DNA of 61,003 nt from Gemmatimonadota bacterium (lineage in GTDB: Bacteria; Gemmatimonadota; Gemmatimonadetes; Longimicrobiales; Gaopeijiaceae). Every line of letters starts with the position of its first letter. Within the stretch, counting starts at the first letter, position 1. Shown here one piece after another: positions 1 to 9,155 of the stretch. A program made the translations under genes and the position numbers. Location: the NCBI GenBank assembly GCA_039589315.1, contig JBDHHQ010000025.1:1-61003 (forward strand), read 5' to 3'. The notes beneath the pieces are model-generated. The model did not search any database. It was not told the DNA's origin and saw only the letters and a list, made by a program, of their open reading frames with translations.

Positions 1-1908
1 ACGGACATGGTAGGCTTCACGGCCTTGATGCAGGAGGACGAGGCGCGCGCACGCGCAGCGGTCGACCGACACCGCGCCGTAGTACGACGGGCCGTGACCG
101 ACTACCGGGGCGATCTGGTCCAGTTCTACGGCGACGGCACCTTGAGCGTCTTCCCCAGCGCCGTCGACGCCGTGGATTGCGCGCTGAAGATCCAGCAGGA
201 GGTGGCGAAGTCACCATCGGTGCCCCTGCGCATCGGCCTCCACACCGGCGACGTCGTGCACGACGAGGGCTCGGTGTTCGGAGATGGCGTCAACGTCGCC
301 GCCCGCATTCAGGGCCTCGGAGTGCCGGGGTCGGTGCTCCTGTCCGCCAAGCTGCGTGACGAGATCAAGAACCAGCCTCGGTTCCAGACACGGGTCACGG
401 GCTCCTTCGCCCTGCGCAACGTCCAGCAGCCCATGGACGTCTTCGCGCTGACCAACGAAGGGATGGCGGTTCCCCAGGCGTCCGAGCTCCCCCGGCAGGC
501 GAACAGCCAGAGCAGCGTAGCCGTGCTGCCGTTCGTGAACATGAGCGCGGATCCGGAAAACGAGTTCTTCGCCGACGGGGTCACGGAAGAAGTCATCAAC
601 GTCCTGACCCGGATCGAGGGCCTCAAGGTCACGGCTCGCACATCCTCCTTCGTATTCAAAGGACGGAACGAGGACATTCGGGAGATCGGTGAGCAGCTCG
701 GCGTGAGTCACGTCCTGGAGGGCAGCGTGCGCAGGGCCGGCGACCGCGTACGCGTCACGGCCCAGCTGATCACGACGCGGGACGGGTATCATCTCTTCTC
801 CGATGTCTACGACCGGCGGATCGAGGACATCTTCGCCACGCAGGACGACATCGCCGCGGCAATCGCCCAGGCGCTCCGGGAGCACCTGGGATCCGGGCCT
901 CGACCCGAGAGGCGGTCCGGTGCCGAAACCCGGAACGTCAGCGCCCACGAGCGGTACCTCCGGGGGCTCCACTTCTGGAACAAGTACACCCCTCCAGCGG
1001 TCCGGACGGCCATCGGCCACTTCCAGGCGGCCGCGGGCATGGACGAGAACTGGGCACCGCCCCGCTTCATGGAGGCGAGCGCGCTGGTCTTCCTCTGCTC
1101 CCTCGGCTACGAAGCGCCCCGGCGCGGATTCCCCCAGGCGGAGGCAGCGGCCGGAGAAGCCATCCGCCTGGGCCCGGCCCTGGGCGAGTCCCACATGGCC
1201 GTGGCGCTGGTTCAGTTCTTCTACGAGTGGGACTTCGACGCGGCGGAAGAGTCCTTCGAGCGGGCCCTCAGCCTCACCCCCGGCTCGGCCAACGTGCACC
1301 AGACACTGGCCATGCTCCGGGAAGCACAGGGTCGGTACGACGAGGCCATTCAACTGATGCGTCGAGCCGTGGAGCTGGACCCCCTGTCCCTCATCATGCG
1401 GCTCAACCTCGGTCGGGCCTACCTGAGGGCTGGCCGTTTGGACGAGGCGGCGGCCCAAGGGGAGCATGTCCTCCAGCTGGATCCGGACTTCCGTGCGGCC
1501 CGGGGCGGGCTGGGCTGGGTTCACCTCGCGCGTGGGGACGCGGCCGCGGCCATCGAGTGCTTCGAGGCGCTGCCGCGGCAGACGGGAGACCCCTTCAACG
1601 CCGCGGCGCCCCGCGCCCTGGCGTACGCGGCGGCCGGTCGAACGAACGAGGCGCGGACGATGCTCGAGCTCATCGAGCGCCGTGCGGAGGAGCATCCAGA
1701 GCTCCACCTCCACATGGACTTCGCGCTGGCGCACAACGCCCTGGGTGAGGCCGAGAAGGCAATCGACGCCCTCGAGGGCGCAGTGGAAGCGCGCCAGGGC
1801 ACGATCGCCATGGTGCCCAGCGACCCCACGTGGGCCAACCTCAGGAGCCACCCCCGCTTCCAGGCGCTCATGGAGCGAGCCGGCTTGTCCAGGTGGGTGG
1901 GCCCGTGA
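1..1908 (+). CDS. Class III nucleotide cyclase + TolB-like + TPR protein (5' end truncated by window)
   Basis: Frame is open from base 1 (TDMVGFT). Cyclase motifs QFYGDG, LRIGLHTGDV, FGDGVNVAARIQ; then SVAVLPFVNMS...FADGVTEE and LEGSVRR (TolB-like); C-terminal TPRs. Confidence 0.9.
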   Translation, partial: TDMVGFTALMQEDEARARAAVDRHRAVVRRAVTDYRGDLVQFYGDGTLSVFPSAVDAVDCALKIQQEVAKSPSVPLRIGLHTGDVVHDEGSVFGDGVNVAARIQGLGVPGSVLLSAKLRDEIKNQPRFQTRVTGSFALRNVQQPMDVFALTNEGMAVPQASELPRQANSQSSVAVLPFVNMSADPENEFFADGVTEEVINVLTRIEGLKVTARTSSFVFKGRNEDIREIGEQLGVSHVLEGSVRRAGDRVRVTAQLITTRDGYHLFSDVYDRRIEDIFATQDDIAAAIAQALREHLGSGPRPERRSGAETRNVSAHERYLRGLHFWNKYTPPAVRTAIGHFQAAAGMDENWAPPRFMEASALVFLCSLGYEAPRRGFPQAEAAAGEAIRLGPALGESHMAVALVQFFYEWDFDAAEESFERALSLTPGSANVHQTLAMLREAQGRYDEAIQLMRRAVELDPLSLIMRLNLGRAYLRAGRLDEAAAQGEHVLQLDPDFRAARGGLGWVHLARGDAAAAIECFEALPRQTGDPFNAAAPRALAYAAAGRTNEARTMLELIERRAEEHPELHLHMDFALAHNALGEAEKAIDALEGAVEARQGTIAMVPSDPTWANLRSHPRFQALMERAGLSRWVGP

Positions 1909-2798
1909 CCATGTGCGTGGGCGCGTGCTCCGGTCCCGGACACTCCGTCGGCGCCATCGGATTCCTGGCTCTCGCGCTTCTCACCGCGGCACCGCTCGGG
2001 GCCCAAGGGCTCGCGTCCTACGCGCTCGACGGTGACGCGGCCGAGCAGCACGAGCTGCCGGGACGCCTACGCGAGGTGTCGGGGTTGGCCGTCACTGCGG
2101 ACGGCAGGCTGTTCGCCCACGACGACGAGCGCGCCCGCGTCTACCAGATCGAGCCCCGCAGCGGAGAGGTCGTCAAGCGGTTCGACGTCGGCGAGGGGGG
2201 CGTCCGCGGAGATTTCGAGGGCATTGCGATCGCGGGCGACCGGTTCTACCTGGTCGAGAGCGACGGGACGCTGTACGAGTTCCAGGAAGGCGAGGAGAAG
2301 GAGGACGTTCCTTACCGGGAAGTGAAGACCGCCCTCGGGCGCCGATGCGAAGTCGAGGGACTCGCCCACGATCCGGACTCGGGTTCGCTGCTCCTGGTGT
2401 GCAAGAGCACGCGGGGTCGCGATCTTCGAGACCGCCTCGTCGTCTTCGCGGCACCACTCGACACGCTGCAGCCCGACGCCGAGCCACGGTACCAGATTCC
2501 GTTTGCATCGCTGCGGGACGTGGGCGCCCGGGGACGGCTCCATCCGTCTGGAATCGAAGTGCACCCGGTCACCCGGCAGATATTCGTCGTGGCTGCTCGT
2601 GAGGAAGGGATCGTGGAGATCGACCGGGCGGGACGATTCGTGGGTGCGGCCGAGCTGCCGGGCAAGCAGCACGTGCAGCCCGAGGGGATCGCCTTCGTGG
2701 CCGATGCCCTGGCGCTGGCCGACGAGGGAACGGGTCGCAAGGCCACCCTCACGCTGTACCCCCGGCGGCGGGCCCGGCCCGGGGGGGACATGCCGTGA
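1905..2798 (+). CDS. Secreted SdiA-regulated/YjiK-like beta-propeller protein
   Basis: GTG overlaps upstream TGA. Signal peptide (LALALLTAAPLGA); repeated blade motifs EVSGLA, DFEGIA, EVEGLA, HPSGIE, QPEGIA. Confidence 0.75.
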   Translation: MTMCVGACSGPGHSVGAIGFLALALLTAAPLGAQGLASYALDGDAAEQHELPGRLREVSGLAVTADGRLFAHDDERARVYQIEPRSGEVVKRFDVGEGGVRGDFEGIAIAGDRFYLVESDGTLYEFQEGEEKEDVPYREVKTALGRRCEVEGLAHDPDSGSLLLVCKSTRGRDLRDRLVVFAAPLDTLQPDAEPRYQIPFASLRDVGARGRLHPSGIEVHPVTRQIFVVAAREEGIVEIDRAGRFVGAAELPGKQHVQPEGIAFVADALALADEGTGRKATLTLYPRRRARPGGDMP

Positions 2799-5425
2799 CA
2801 CCGACCCGACTGAGGCGCGCCGTGCCGCAGACCAGGAGGTGCCCGGTAGCGCCCACCTGCCTCCTGGCCACTGTCGTCGTCGCCTCCGGCGTGGTGACGC
2901 CTGCCGACGCTCGCGGCCAGGACCCCGGGCCCGTCGCGGCGCCCGGGCAGCTGATCGAGACGACGCCCCAGGGCCGTTATGATGCCAGCGGGCTCCAACG
3001 TTTCTTTCTGGGCGACGGCCACCGGGACCTCTGGGCGACGCCCGTGCAGGCCCGTGTCCTGGACCTGGACGAATTCGCCGGAGGGCTGGCCGTCTTGCGT
3101 GAAGGGGGAGGGCTACAGACCCGGTCGCTGCGGTTCCAGGGGGAAGACGGTCAGGTCTGGAACTTCCGCTCCGTGGACAAGGACGCGTCGCGGTCCCTCG
3201 ACCCCGAGCTCCGAAACACCATCGCCGCCAGCGTGATGCAGGATCGCATCTCGGCCGTCCTCCCGCTCGGCGCCATGGTGGTCGCGCCCCTGCTGGAAGC
3301 GGCGGACGTCCTCCACCCGGATCCCACGTTGGTGGTCATGCCCGATGATGCACGGCTGGGGGAGTTTCGAGAGGACTTCGCCGGTCTTCTGGGCTGGATC
3401 GAGGTGCGACCCGACGAGGGGCCGGACGGTTCTCCGGGATTCGCCGGGTCGAGCCGCGTCATCGGCTCCGACCGGCTCTTCGAGCGAATCGAAGACGATG
3501 CGTCGGAACGGGTGGATGCAGAGAGCTACCTCCGGGCACGTCTTATGGACGTGTTCGTGGGGGATTGGGATCGGCACCCCGACCAGTGGCGTTGGGCCGG
3601 CTTCGGCGACGCCCGTGAGATGGTCTTCGAGCCCGTCCCCAGAGACCGGGACTGGGCCCTCAGTCGGCTGGACGGGGTCGTGGGCAGCGTCAGCTGGGCG
3701 TTCTGGCCTCACTACGTGGGATTCCAGCACGAGTACCCGAACGCGTTCCGGGCCACGTGGAGCGCTCGGGTCCTGGACCGGCGTCTCCTGAGCGCCCTGC
3801 CGCGCGACCGTTGGCTGGAGGTGGCCGCCGACCTGGAGTCCCGCATTACGGACGATGTCATCGACCGCGCCATCGACCGCCTGCCCCCCGGATACGAGGA
3901 GCAGATCGGCGCCGAGCTCGGCGCGGCGCTGAGACACCGGCGCGACGACCTGATCCGCTTCGCGGACGAGTGGTACGCCCTGCTGGCTCGCTGGGTCGAC
4001 GTCCACGCCACCGACGCGAACGAGCGGGCCGAGCTCGCGTGGCAGGACGGGGGCGGTGTGGAGGTCCGCATCTTCCCGGATCCCGTGGGCCAGGGCCAGC
4101 CCTACTTCCAGCGCACGCTTTACGCGGAGGAAACGAGCGAGCTCCGGCTCTACATGCACGGCGGCGACGACGTGGTGATCGTCGAGGGACCGGGGCCGGG
4201 GTCCGTGAGGCTCCGGGTCATCGGTGGAGGAGGAGACGACGCCCTGGAGAATGCAACTGTGGGCGGAGGCGGCCAGGTTCACTTCTACGACCATCGGGGC
4301 GACAACGCGTTCGATCCGGGACCGGGGGCTCGATGGGACACCTCCGTGTTCGAGGAGCCCTTCGACCCCAGCGAGACCACCCATCAGGCGCCGTTCCGCG
4401 ATTGGGGTGCGCGCTGGCTCCCGCTGCCGACCATCACCTACGACGGCGACGTCGGGCTCTTCGTGGGCATGGGTGGTCTCCGCACCGGCTACGGGTTCCG
4501 GGCGTACCCCTACCACACCCGCCTGAGCGTGGCCGGCGGCCTGGGTACGGGGCCGGGCCGTTTCCGGGCGGAGGCGTCGTACGACTTCCCCGTCGTGGGC
4601 CGCTCCGTACGAGGCATCGCACACGTCTTCGCGTCGGGAGCCGAGGGTCGGCGCTTCTACGGCTTCGGAAACGAGACGTCGGCCGAGGGTGACGCGGCAT
4701 TCTTCAAGGCCCAGAACCGAGAAGTCCTGGTCGAGCTTCCCCTCGGCTTGAGCTGGGGCGAAGGCCGCTACGCCGGCCTCGGTCCCCTCTACAAGCACTT
4801 CGAGCCTCTCGACACCGATTCCACCTTCGTCTCCCAGGAGAGACCCTACGGCTACCAGAGCTTCAACGAAGCCGGCCTCGTGGCCATGTTCGGGTGGGAC
4901 TCCCGGGACAAGCGGATCGGGCCGAGTCGGGGGTGGCTCGTGCAAGCGGAGGCCCGCTATTTCCCGGACGTTCTGGACGTCCGGGCGCCCTTCGGCGGCA
5001 TCCGTGGATGGGCGGCCGGATTCTTCACCGTCCCCGGTCGTCTCGGCCCCACCCTCGCGGCAAGGGCCGGCGGTGAACGGGTTTGGGGCGACGTGCCGTA
5101 TCAGGAGGCTGCCTATCTCGGTGGGCCCACGAGTCTTCGGGGGTACCGTAACCGACGGTTCGCCGGAGAGGGCTCGCTCTTCCTCAACTCCGAGCTACGG
5201 TTTCGCCTCGCGAGGCTGAAGATCCTGCTACCCGAGGACGTGGGGATCTTCGGGCTGGCCGACGTGGGGCGGGTCTTCGTCGAGAACGAGGATTCCGACA
5301 CGTGGCACTCGGCGTGGGGCGGTGGCGCCTGGATCTCTTTGATGGACGTGGTGTCGTTGAACCTGTCGGTGGCTGTGAGCCCGGAATACACGGCCTTCTA
5401 CTTCCAGTCCGGCTTCTCCTTCTAG
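2795..5425 (+). CDS. Omp85/BamA-TamA-like outer membrane barrel with N-terminal atypical kinase-like domain
   Basis: Signal peptide; C-terminal LGGPTSLRGY, SELRF, DVGRV and terminal GFSF (barrel signature); N-terminal GGGLQT, GDWDRHPDQW, PRDRD motifs. Confidence 0.8.
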   Translation: MTPTRLRRAVPQTRRCPVAPTCLLATVVVASGVVTPADARGQDPGPVAAPGQLIETTPQGRYDASGLQRFFLGDGHRDLWATPVQARVLDLDEFAGGLAVLREGGGLQTRSLRFQGEDGQVWNFRSVDKDASRSLDPELRNTIAASVMQDRISAVLPLGAMVVAPLLEAADVLHPDPTLVVMPDDARLGEFREDFAGLLGWIEVRPDEGPDGSPGFAGSSRVIGSDRLFERIEDDASERVDAESYLRARLMDVFVGDWDRHPDQWRWAGFGDAREMVFEPVPRDRDWALSRLDGVVGSVSWAFWPHYVGFQHEYPNAFRATWSARVLDRRLLSALPRDRWLEVAADLESRITDDVIDRAIDRLPPGYEEQIGAELGAALRHRRDDLIRFADEWYALLARWVDVHATDANERAELAWQDGGGVEVRIFPDPVGQGQPYFQRTLYAEETSELRLYMHGGDDVVIVEGPGPGSVRLRVIGGGGDDALENATVGGGGQVHFYDHRGDNAFDPGPGARWDTSVFEEPFDPSETTHQAPFRDWGARWLPLPTITYDGDVGLFVGMGGLRTGYGFRAYPYHTRLSVAGGLGTGPGRFRAEASYDFPVVGRSVRGIAHVFASGAEGRRFYGFGNETSAEGDAAFFKAQNREVLVELPLGLSWGEGRYAGLGPLYKHFEPLDTDSTFVSQERPYGYQSFNEAGLVAMFGWDSRDKRIGPSRGWLVQAEARYFPDVLDVRAPFGGIRGWAAGFFTVPGRLGPTLAARAGGERVWGDVPYQEAAYLGGPTSLRGYRNRRFAGEGSLFLNSELRFRLARLKILLPEDVGIFGLADVGRVFVENEDSDTWHSAWGGGAWISLMDVVSLNLSVAVSPEYTAFYFQSGFSF

Positions 5426-5448
5426 ACCCAGGCAGGCGCATCCGAACG

Positions 5449-5964
5449 ATGAAGACGCTCTACCTGCTTCGCCACGCCAAGTCCAGCTGGGATCATCCTG
5501 GGCTCTCGGACTTCGAGCGGCCCCTTGCCCCCCGGGGCGAGCGAGCGGCCCCGCGGTTGGCCACGTTCATGAAGGAGGAGGATCTGATCCCGGCCGTCGT
5601 CCTGTGCTCCACCGCCCGCCGAGCCAGGGAGACATGGGCCCTGATGGAGAACGAGCTTGGAGGTGCGGCGCAGGTGACGTTCCTGGATTCCCTCTACGGG
5701 GCCGGCCCCGGCCGCATGCTCGAGGCCGCCCGGATCCACGCCGAAGACCGTTCGCCCGTCATGCTGGTGGGACACAACCCAGGTATGGAGGATCTGGCTT
5801 ACGCCCTGGCCGCATCGGGTCCTGAGGCCGAGCTGCAGACGCTCGGACGCAAGTACCCCACGGCGGGCCTGGCCGTAATCGACCTCGACGTGACGTCGTG
5901 GTCGGACGTCGTGCCTGGCATGGGTGTCCTTCGCAGGTTCGTCCGCCCCAGGGACCTGCCGTAG
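5449..5964 (+). CDS. sixA: Phosphohistidine phosphatase SixA (histidine phosphatase family)
   Basis: MKTLYLLRHAKSSW, RPL..RG, STARRARET, LVGHNP motifs. Confidence 0.9.
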   Translation: MKTLYLLRHAKSSWDHPGLSDFERPLAPRGERAAPRLATFMKEEDLIPAVVLCSTARRARETWALMENELGGAAQVTFLDSLYGAGPGRMLEAARIHAEDRSPVMLVGHNPGMEDLAYALAASGPEAELQTLGRKYPTAGLAVIDLDVTSWSDVVPGMGVLRRFVRPRDLP

Positions 5965-6029
5965 GCGACGCCTGTCGTCTGCAGCGATCCCGTCACCGAG
6001 GACACGAGTCACCCGGGCCGTCGCGTCCC

Positions 6030-8138
6030 ATGCTCCAACCAAACGACCGCGATTACACGTACGCAGACCGGGAGCTGAGCTGGATCTCCTTCAACGGCCG
6101 GGTCCTGCAGGAGGCGGACGACCCCACCGTGCCGCTCTTCGAGCGTCTCGCGTTCCTGGCCATCTTCTCGTCCAACCTCGACGAGTTCTTCCGGGTCCGG
6201 GTGGCGTCGCTTCGGAGCCTGCTGCGCCTCAAGAAGAAGAAGCTGGGCAAGCTTCGCATGAACCCGCGTCGCCTGCTCCGGGAGATCCACAGCAAGGTCT
6301 CTGCGCAGCAGGAGCGCTTCGGCGACATCTTCCGTGACCGCATCCTCCCGGAGCTGGCGGGTCATGGGATACATCTGGTCGACGAACGCTCGGTGTCGGA
6401 GGAGCACGCGGATTTCGTCCGGGAGTACTTCCGGCAACGAGTGCGGCCGCTACTCGACCCCGTACGCCTCGACCCCGAGTCGCCGTCCTTCCTGGAGGAC
6501 CGGCAGGTCTATCTGAGCGTCGAGCTCTGGGCGGTAGACGAGCATGGACTGGCTGGTCGGCCGGCCTACGCCCTCGTGAAGGTCCCTGACGAGCTCCCTC
6601 GTTTCGTCAGCCTTCCGGAGTCGGGAGACCGCAGGGAGGTGATGTTCCTGGACGACGTCATCCGGTTCTGCCTCCCGGAGCTCTTCCCCGACGCCGACGT
6701 GGGCGGAGCCTACGCGGTGAAGCTCTCGCGCGACGCCGAGCTCTACATCGAGGACGAGTTCTCCGGGAATGTGGTCGACGCCATCCGGAAGAGCTTGAGC
6801 AAGCGCGAGACGGGTGTGCCCGCCCGGTTTCTGTACGATCTGCAGAGCCCCTACGCCATGGTGGCCCTCCTGGGCCGCTGTCTGAGGCTGGAGGACGAGG
6901 ATCTGATCCTGGGTGGGCGGTACCACAACCTCCACGACTTCCATGGATTCCCCCGATTCGGGCTGACGGAGCTGGCCCATGAGCCCCTGGAGCTCCTCTC
7001 CCACCCCACCCTGTCGGCGCGCCGCCCCGTCCACCAGATCGTCTCCGAGAGGGACCGCATCGTCCACTTCCCATACCAGGCCTTCGATCCGGTGGTACGC
7101 TTCCTCGAAGAAGCCGCGGCCGACGTCGCGGTGGAGGAGGTGTGGGCGACGCTCTACCGGGTTTCCGAGGACTCGGCGGTCGTCCGGGCCCTGCTCGCCG
7201 CCGCCGAAGCGGGCAAGACAGTCCGCGTTTTCGTGGAGGTGAAGGCGCGCTTCGACGAGGCGTCGAACCTTCGCTGGGCCCAGCGCATGGAGAAGGCCGG
7301 CATCGTCACGCTGTACAGCTTCCGCGACCTCAAAGTGCACGCCAAGCTCGCGCTCGTGGCGCGAAGGGAGGGCCGTGACCTGAGGTATCACGCCTACCTG
7401 GGAACGGGAAACTTCAACGAGAAGACCGCTCGCATCTACGCCGATCACGGTCTGCTCACGGCCGACCCCCGCATAACCGAGGACGTTCGGCGCGTCTTCG
7501 GCATTCTCGCCGGCGAGGATGCGGAGCCTGCCTTCGAACACCTCCTGGTGGCGCCCTTCACCATGCGGGAGCGATTCTACGAGATGATCGAGCGGGAGGC
7601 CACGCACGCCAGGGAGGGGCGACCTGCGGGGATGGTGCTCAAGATGAACGGCCTGGAGGACGAGGGTATCATCCGTCGGCTCTACGACGCCAGTAATGCC
7701 GGTGTCCCCATCCGACTGATCGTGCGCGGAATCTGTCGCCTGGTCCCGCAGGTCCCCGGACAGAGCGAGAACATCACGGCCACCAGCATCGTGGACCGGC
7801 ACCTCGAGCACGCGAGGGTCTTTGTCTTCCGTAACGGAGGCGAGAATGCATACTATCTGGCATCGGCCGACTGGATGACACGCAACCTGAGTCACAGGGT
7901 GGAGGTCGCCTTTCCAGTGCTGGATCCGGAGATCCGCCAGGAGTTGCGCCGCATCCTGGACCTACAGATAGCCGACAACGTCAAGGCGAGGCGCATCGAT
8001 CCCGAGATGTCGAACGTGAGAGTGGACCCGGGCCAAGCAACCGGCGTGCGGGCTCAAGCCGCGACGCGGGAACTCCTGGCTGGCGTCCCCGCTTCCGACC
8101 GGAGGACCCAGGTCACGCGATTCGAGGAGACGGCATGA
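6030..8138 (+). CDS. ppk1: Polyphosphate kinase 1
   Basis: RELSWISFNGRVLQEA, SNLDEFFRVRVA, HFPY, TLYR, VEVKARFDE, KVHAK, GTGNFN, LEHARVF, SADWMTRNL. Confidence 0.97.
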   Translation: MLQPNDRDYTYADRELSWISFNGRVLQEADDPTVPLFERLAFLAIFSSNLDEFFRVRVASLRSLLRLKKKKLGKLRMNPRRLLREIHSKVSAQQERFGDIFRDRILPELAGHGIHLVDERSVSEEHADFVREYFRQRVRPLLDPVRLDPESPSFLEDRQVYLSVELWAVDEHGLAGRPAYALVKVPDELPRFVSLPESGDRREVMFLDDVIRFCLPELFPDADVGGAYAVKLSRDAELYIEDEFSGNVVDAIRKSLSKRETGVPARFLYDLQSPYAMVALLGRCLRLEDEDLILGGRYHNLHDFHGFPRFGLTELAHEPLELLSHPTLSARRPVHQIVSERDRIVHFPYQAFDPVVRFLEEAAADVAVEEVWATLYRVSEDSAVVRALLAAAEAGKTVRVFVEVKARFDEASNLRWAQRMEKAGIVTLYSFRDLKVHAKLALVARREGRDLRYHAYLGTGNFNEKTARIYADHGLLTADPRITEDVRRVFGILAGEDAEPAFEHLLVAPFTMRERFYEMIEREATHAREGRPAGMVLKMNGLEDEGIIRRLYDASNAGVPIRLIVRGICRLVPQVPGQSENITATSIVDRHLEHARVFVFRNGGENAYYLASADWMTRNLSHRVEVAFPVLDPEIRQELRRILDLQIADNVKARRIDPEMSNVRVDPGQATGVRAQAATRELLAGVPASDRRTQVTRFEETA

Positions 8139-9034
8139 CCCACGGAACGGATCCGCACGACGCCCGCGTCACGTCGACCCCGGACGACGCTTCGGCCGAA
8201 ACGGGCCCGGATGGCGCCCAGGCCGAAGCTGGCCCTGGCGGCGCACGGGTCGGAGCGAATCCCCCCGCCGGCGCATCGAGCGGCCTGGACCCCAAGAAGG
8301 AGTCGGCGGCCCCCCCGCCTGCGGACTCGCCCTCGGCGAACCAGATGGAGACGTCCACCTCCGTCGCCATGGCTCCAACGCCACCTTCGCCCGCCACCGA
8401 AGGGGACGATGTTCTTGACACGAAAGGGAAGAAAGGCAAGGGCAAGAAGAAGAAGAAGAAGGGCACGAAGGACGGGCTCGGAACGAGCCGGGGCATCGAG
8501 ACGATGTTTCGCACCTCCTACCGCACCCACCTCAACCTGAGCAACCTGGCTGACACCAAGGCCAACATCATGATCTCTATCAACGGGATCATCATCTCCA
8601 TCATCATCGCCTCCATCGCCCCCGGCATCGAGAGCAACTGGTGGCTCGTCTTCCCCACCTCCGTGGTGCTCCTCTCGTGCACGACGAGCATGGTGTTCGC
8701 GATCCTGGCCGCCCGCCCCCGCGTCAGCAGCCGCTTCGTTTCGCTGGAGGACGTTCGCTCCAACCGGGCCAACATCCTCTTCTTCGGGAACTTCGTGAAC
8801 ATGGAGGAAGAGGACTTCCTGACGGGCATGAGGGAGATCATGGGCAACTCGGACCAGCTCTACACCAACATGATGCGCGACATCTACTCCCTGGGCGGAG
8901 TCCTCTCCCGGAAGTACGCCCTGGTGCGCGTTTCCTACAACATATTCATGGTGGGCCTGAGCGTTTCGGTGCTGCTCTTCGTGGCCGTGTTCGCGCTGGC
9001 GGCGTACACGCAGGGATTCTCCGTCACGGGATAA
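8135..9034 (+). CDS. Pycsar-effector-family (DUF5706-like) membrane protein with disordered, Lys-rich N-terminus
   Basis: RGIETMFRTSYRTHLNLSNLADTKANIMISIN, AARPRV, NILFFGNF, LGGVLSRKY..VRVSYNIFM; three hydrophobic segments; ATGA overlap with ppk1. Confidence 0.8.
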   Translation: MTHGTDPHDARVTSTPDDASAETGPDGAQAEAGPGGARVGANPPAGASSGLDPKKESAAPPPADSPSANQMETSTSVAMAPTPPSPATEGDDVLDTKGKKGKGKKKKKKGTKDGLGTSRGIETMFRTSYRTHLNLSNLADTKANIMISINGIIISIIIASIAPGIESNWWLVFPTSVVLLSCTTSMVFAILAARPRVSSRFVSLEDVRSNRANILFFGNFVNMEEEDFLTGMREIMGNSDQLYTNMMRDIYSLGGVLSRKYALVRVSYNIFMVGLSVSVLLFVAVFALAAYTQGFSVTG

Positions 9035-9155
9035 AGGTACGGCCGCCCGTCGTTGGCCCGCTGGCGGCTGTCCTGACCCCGAGGCTGCGCGCCCGGACCC
9101 CGCCGGCGACCCACCCGCGGCGCCGACCCGACCACAGTGCCGGCAACGCCGGCGG

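Noticed and set aside
1..9034. Canonical Pycsar anti-phage system
   Set aside because: Cyclase and effector are 6 kb apart, the cyclase has a TolB-like/TPR architecture rather than PycC, and the context is housekeeping; kept only as a hypothesis.
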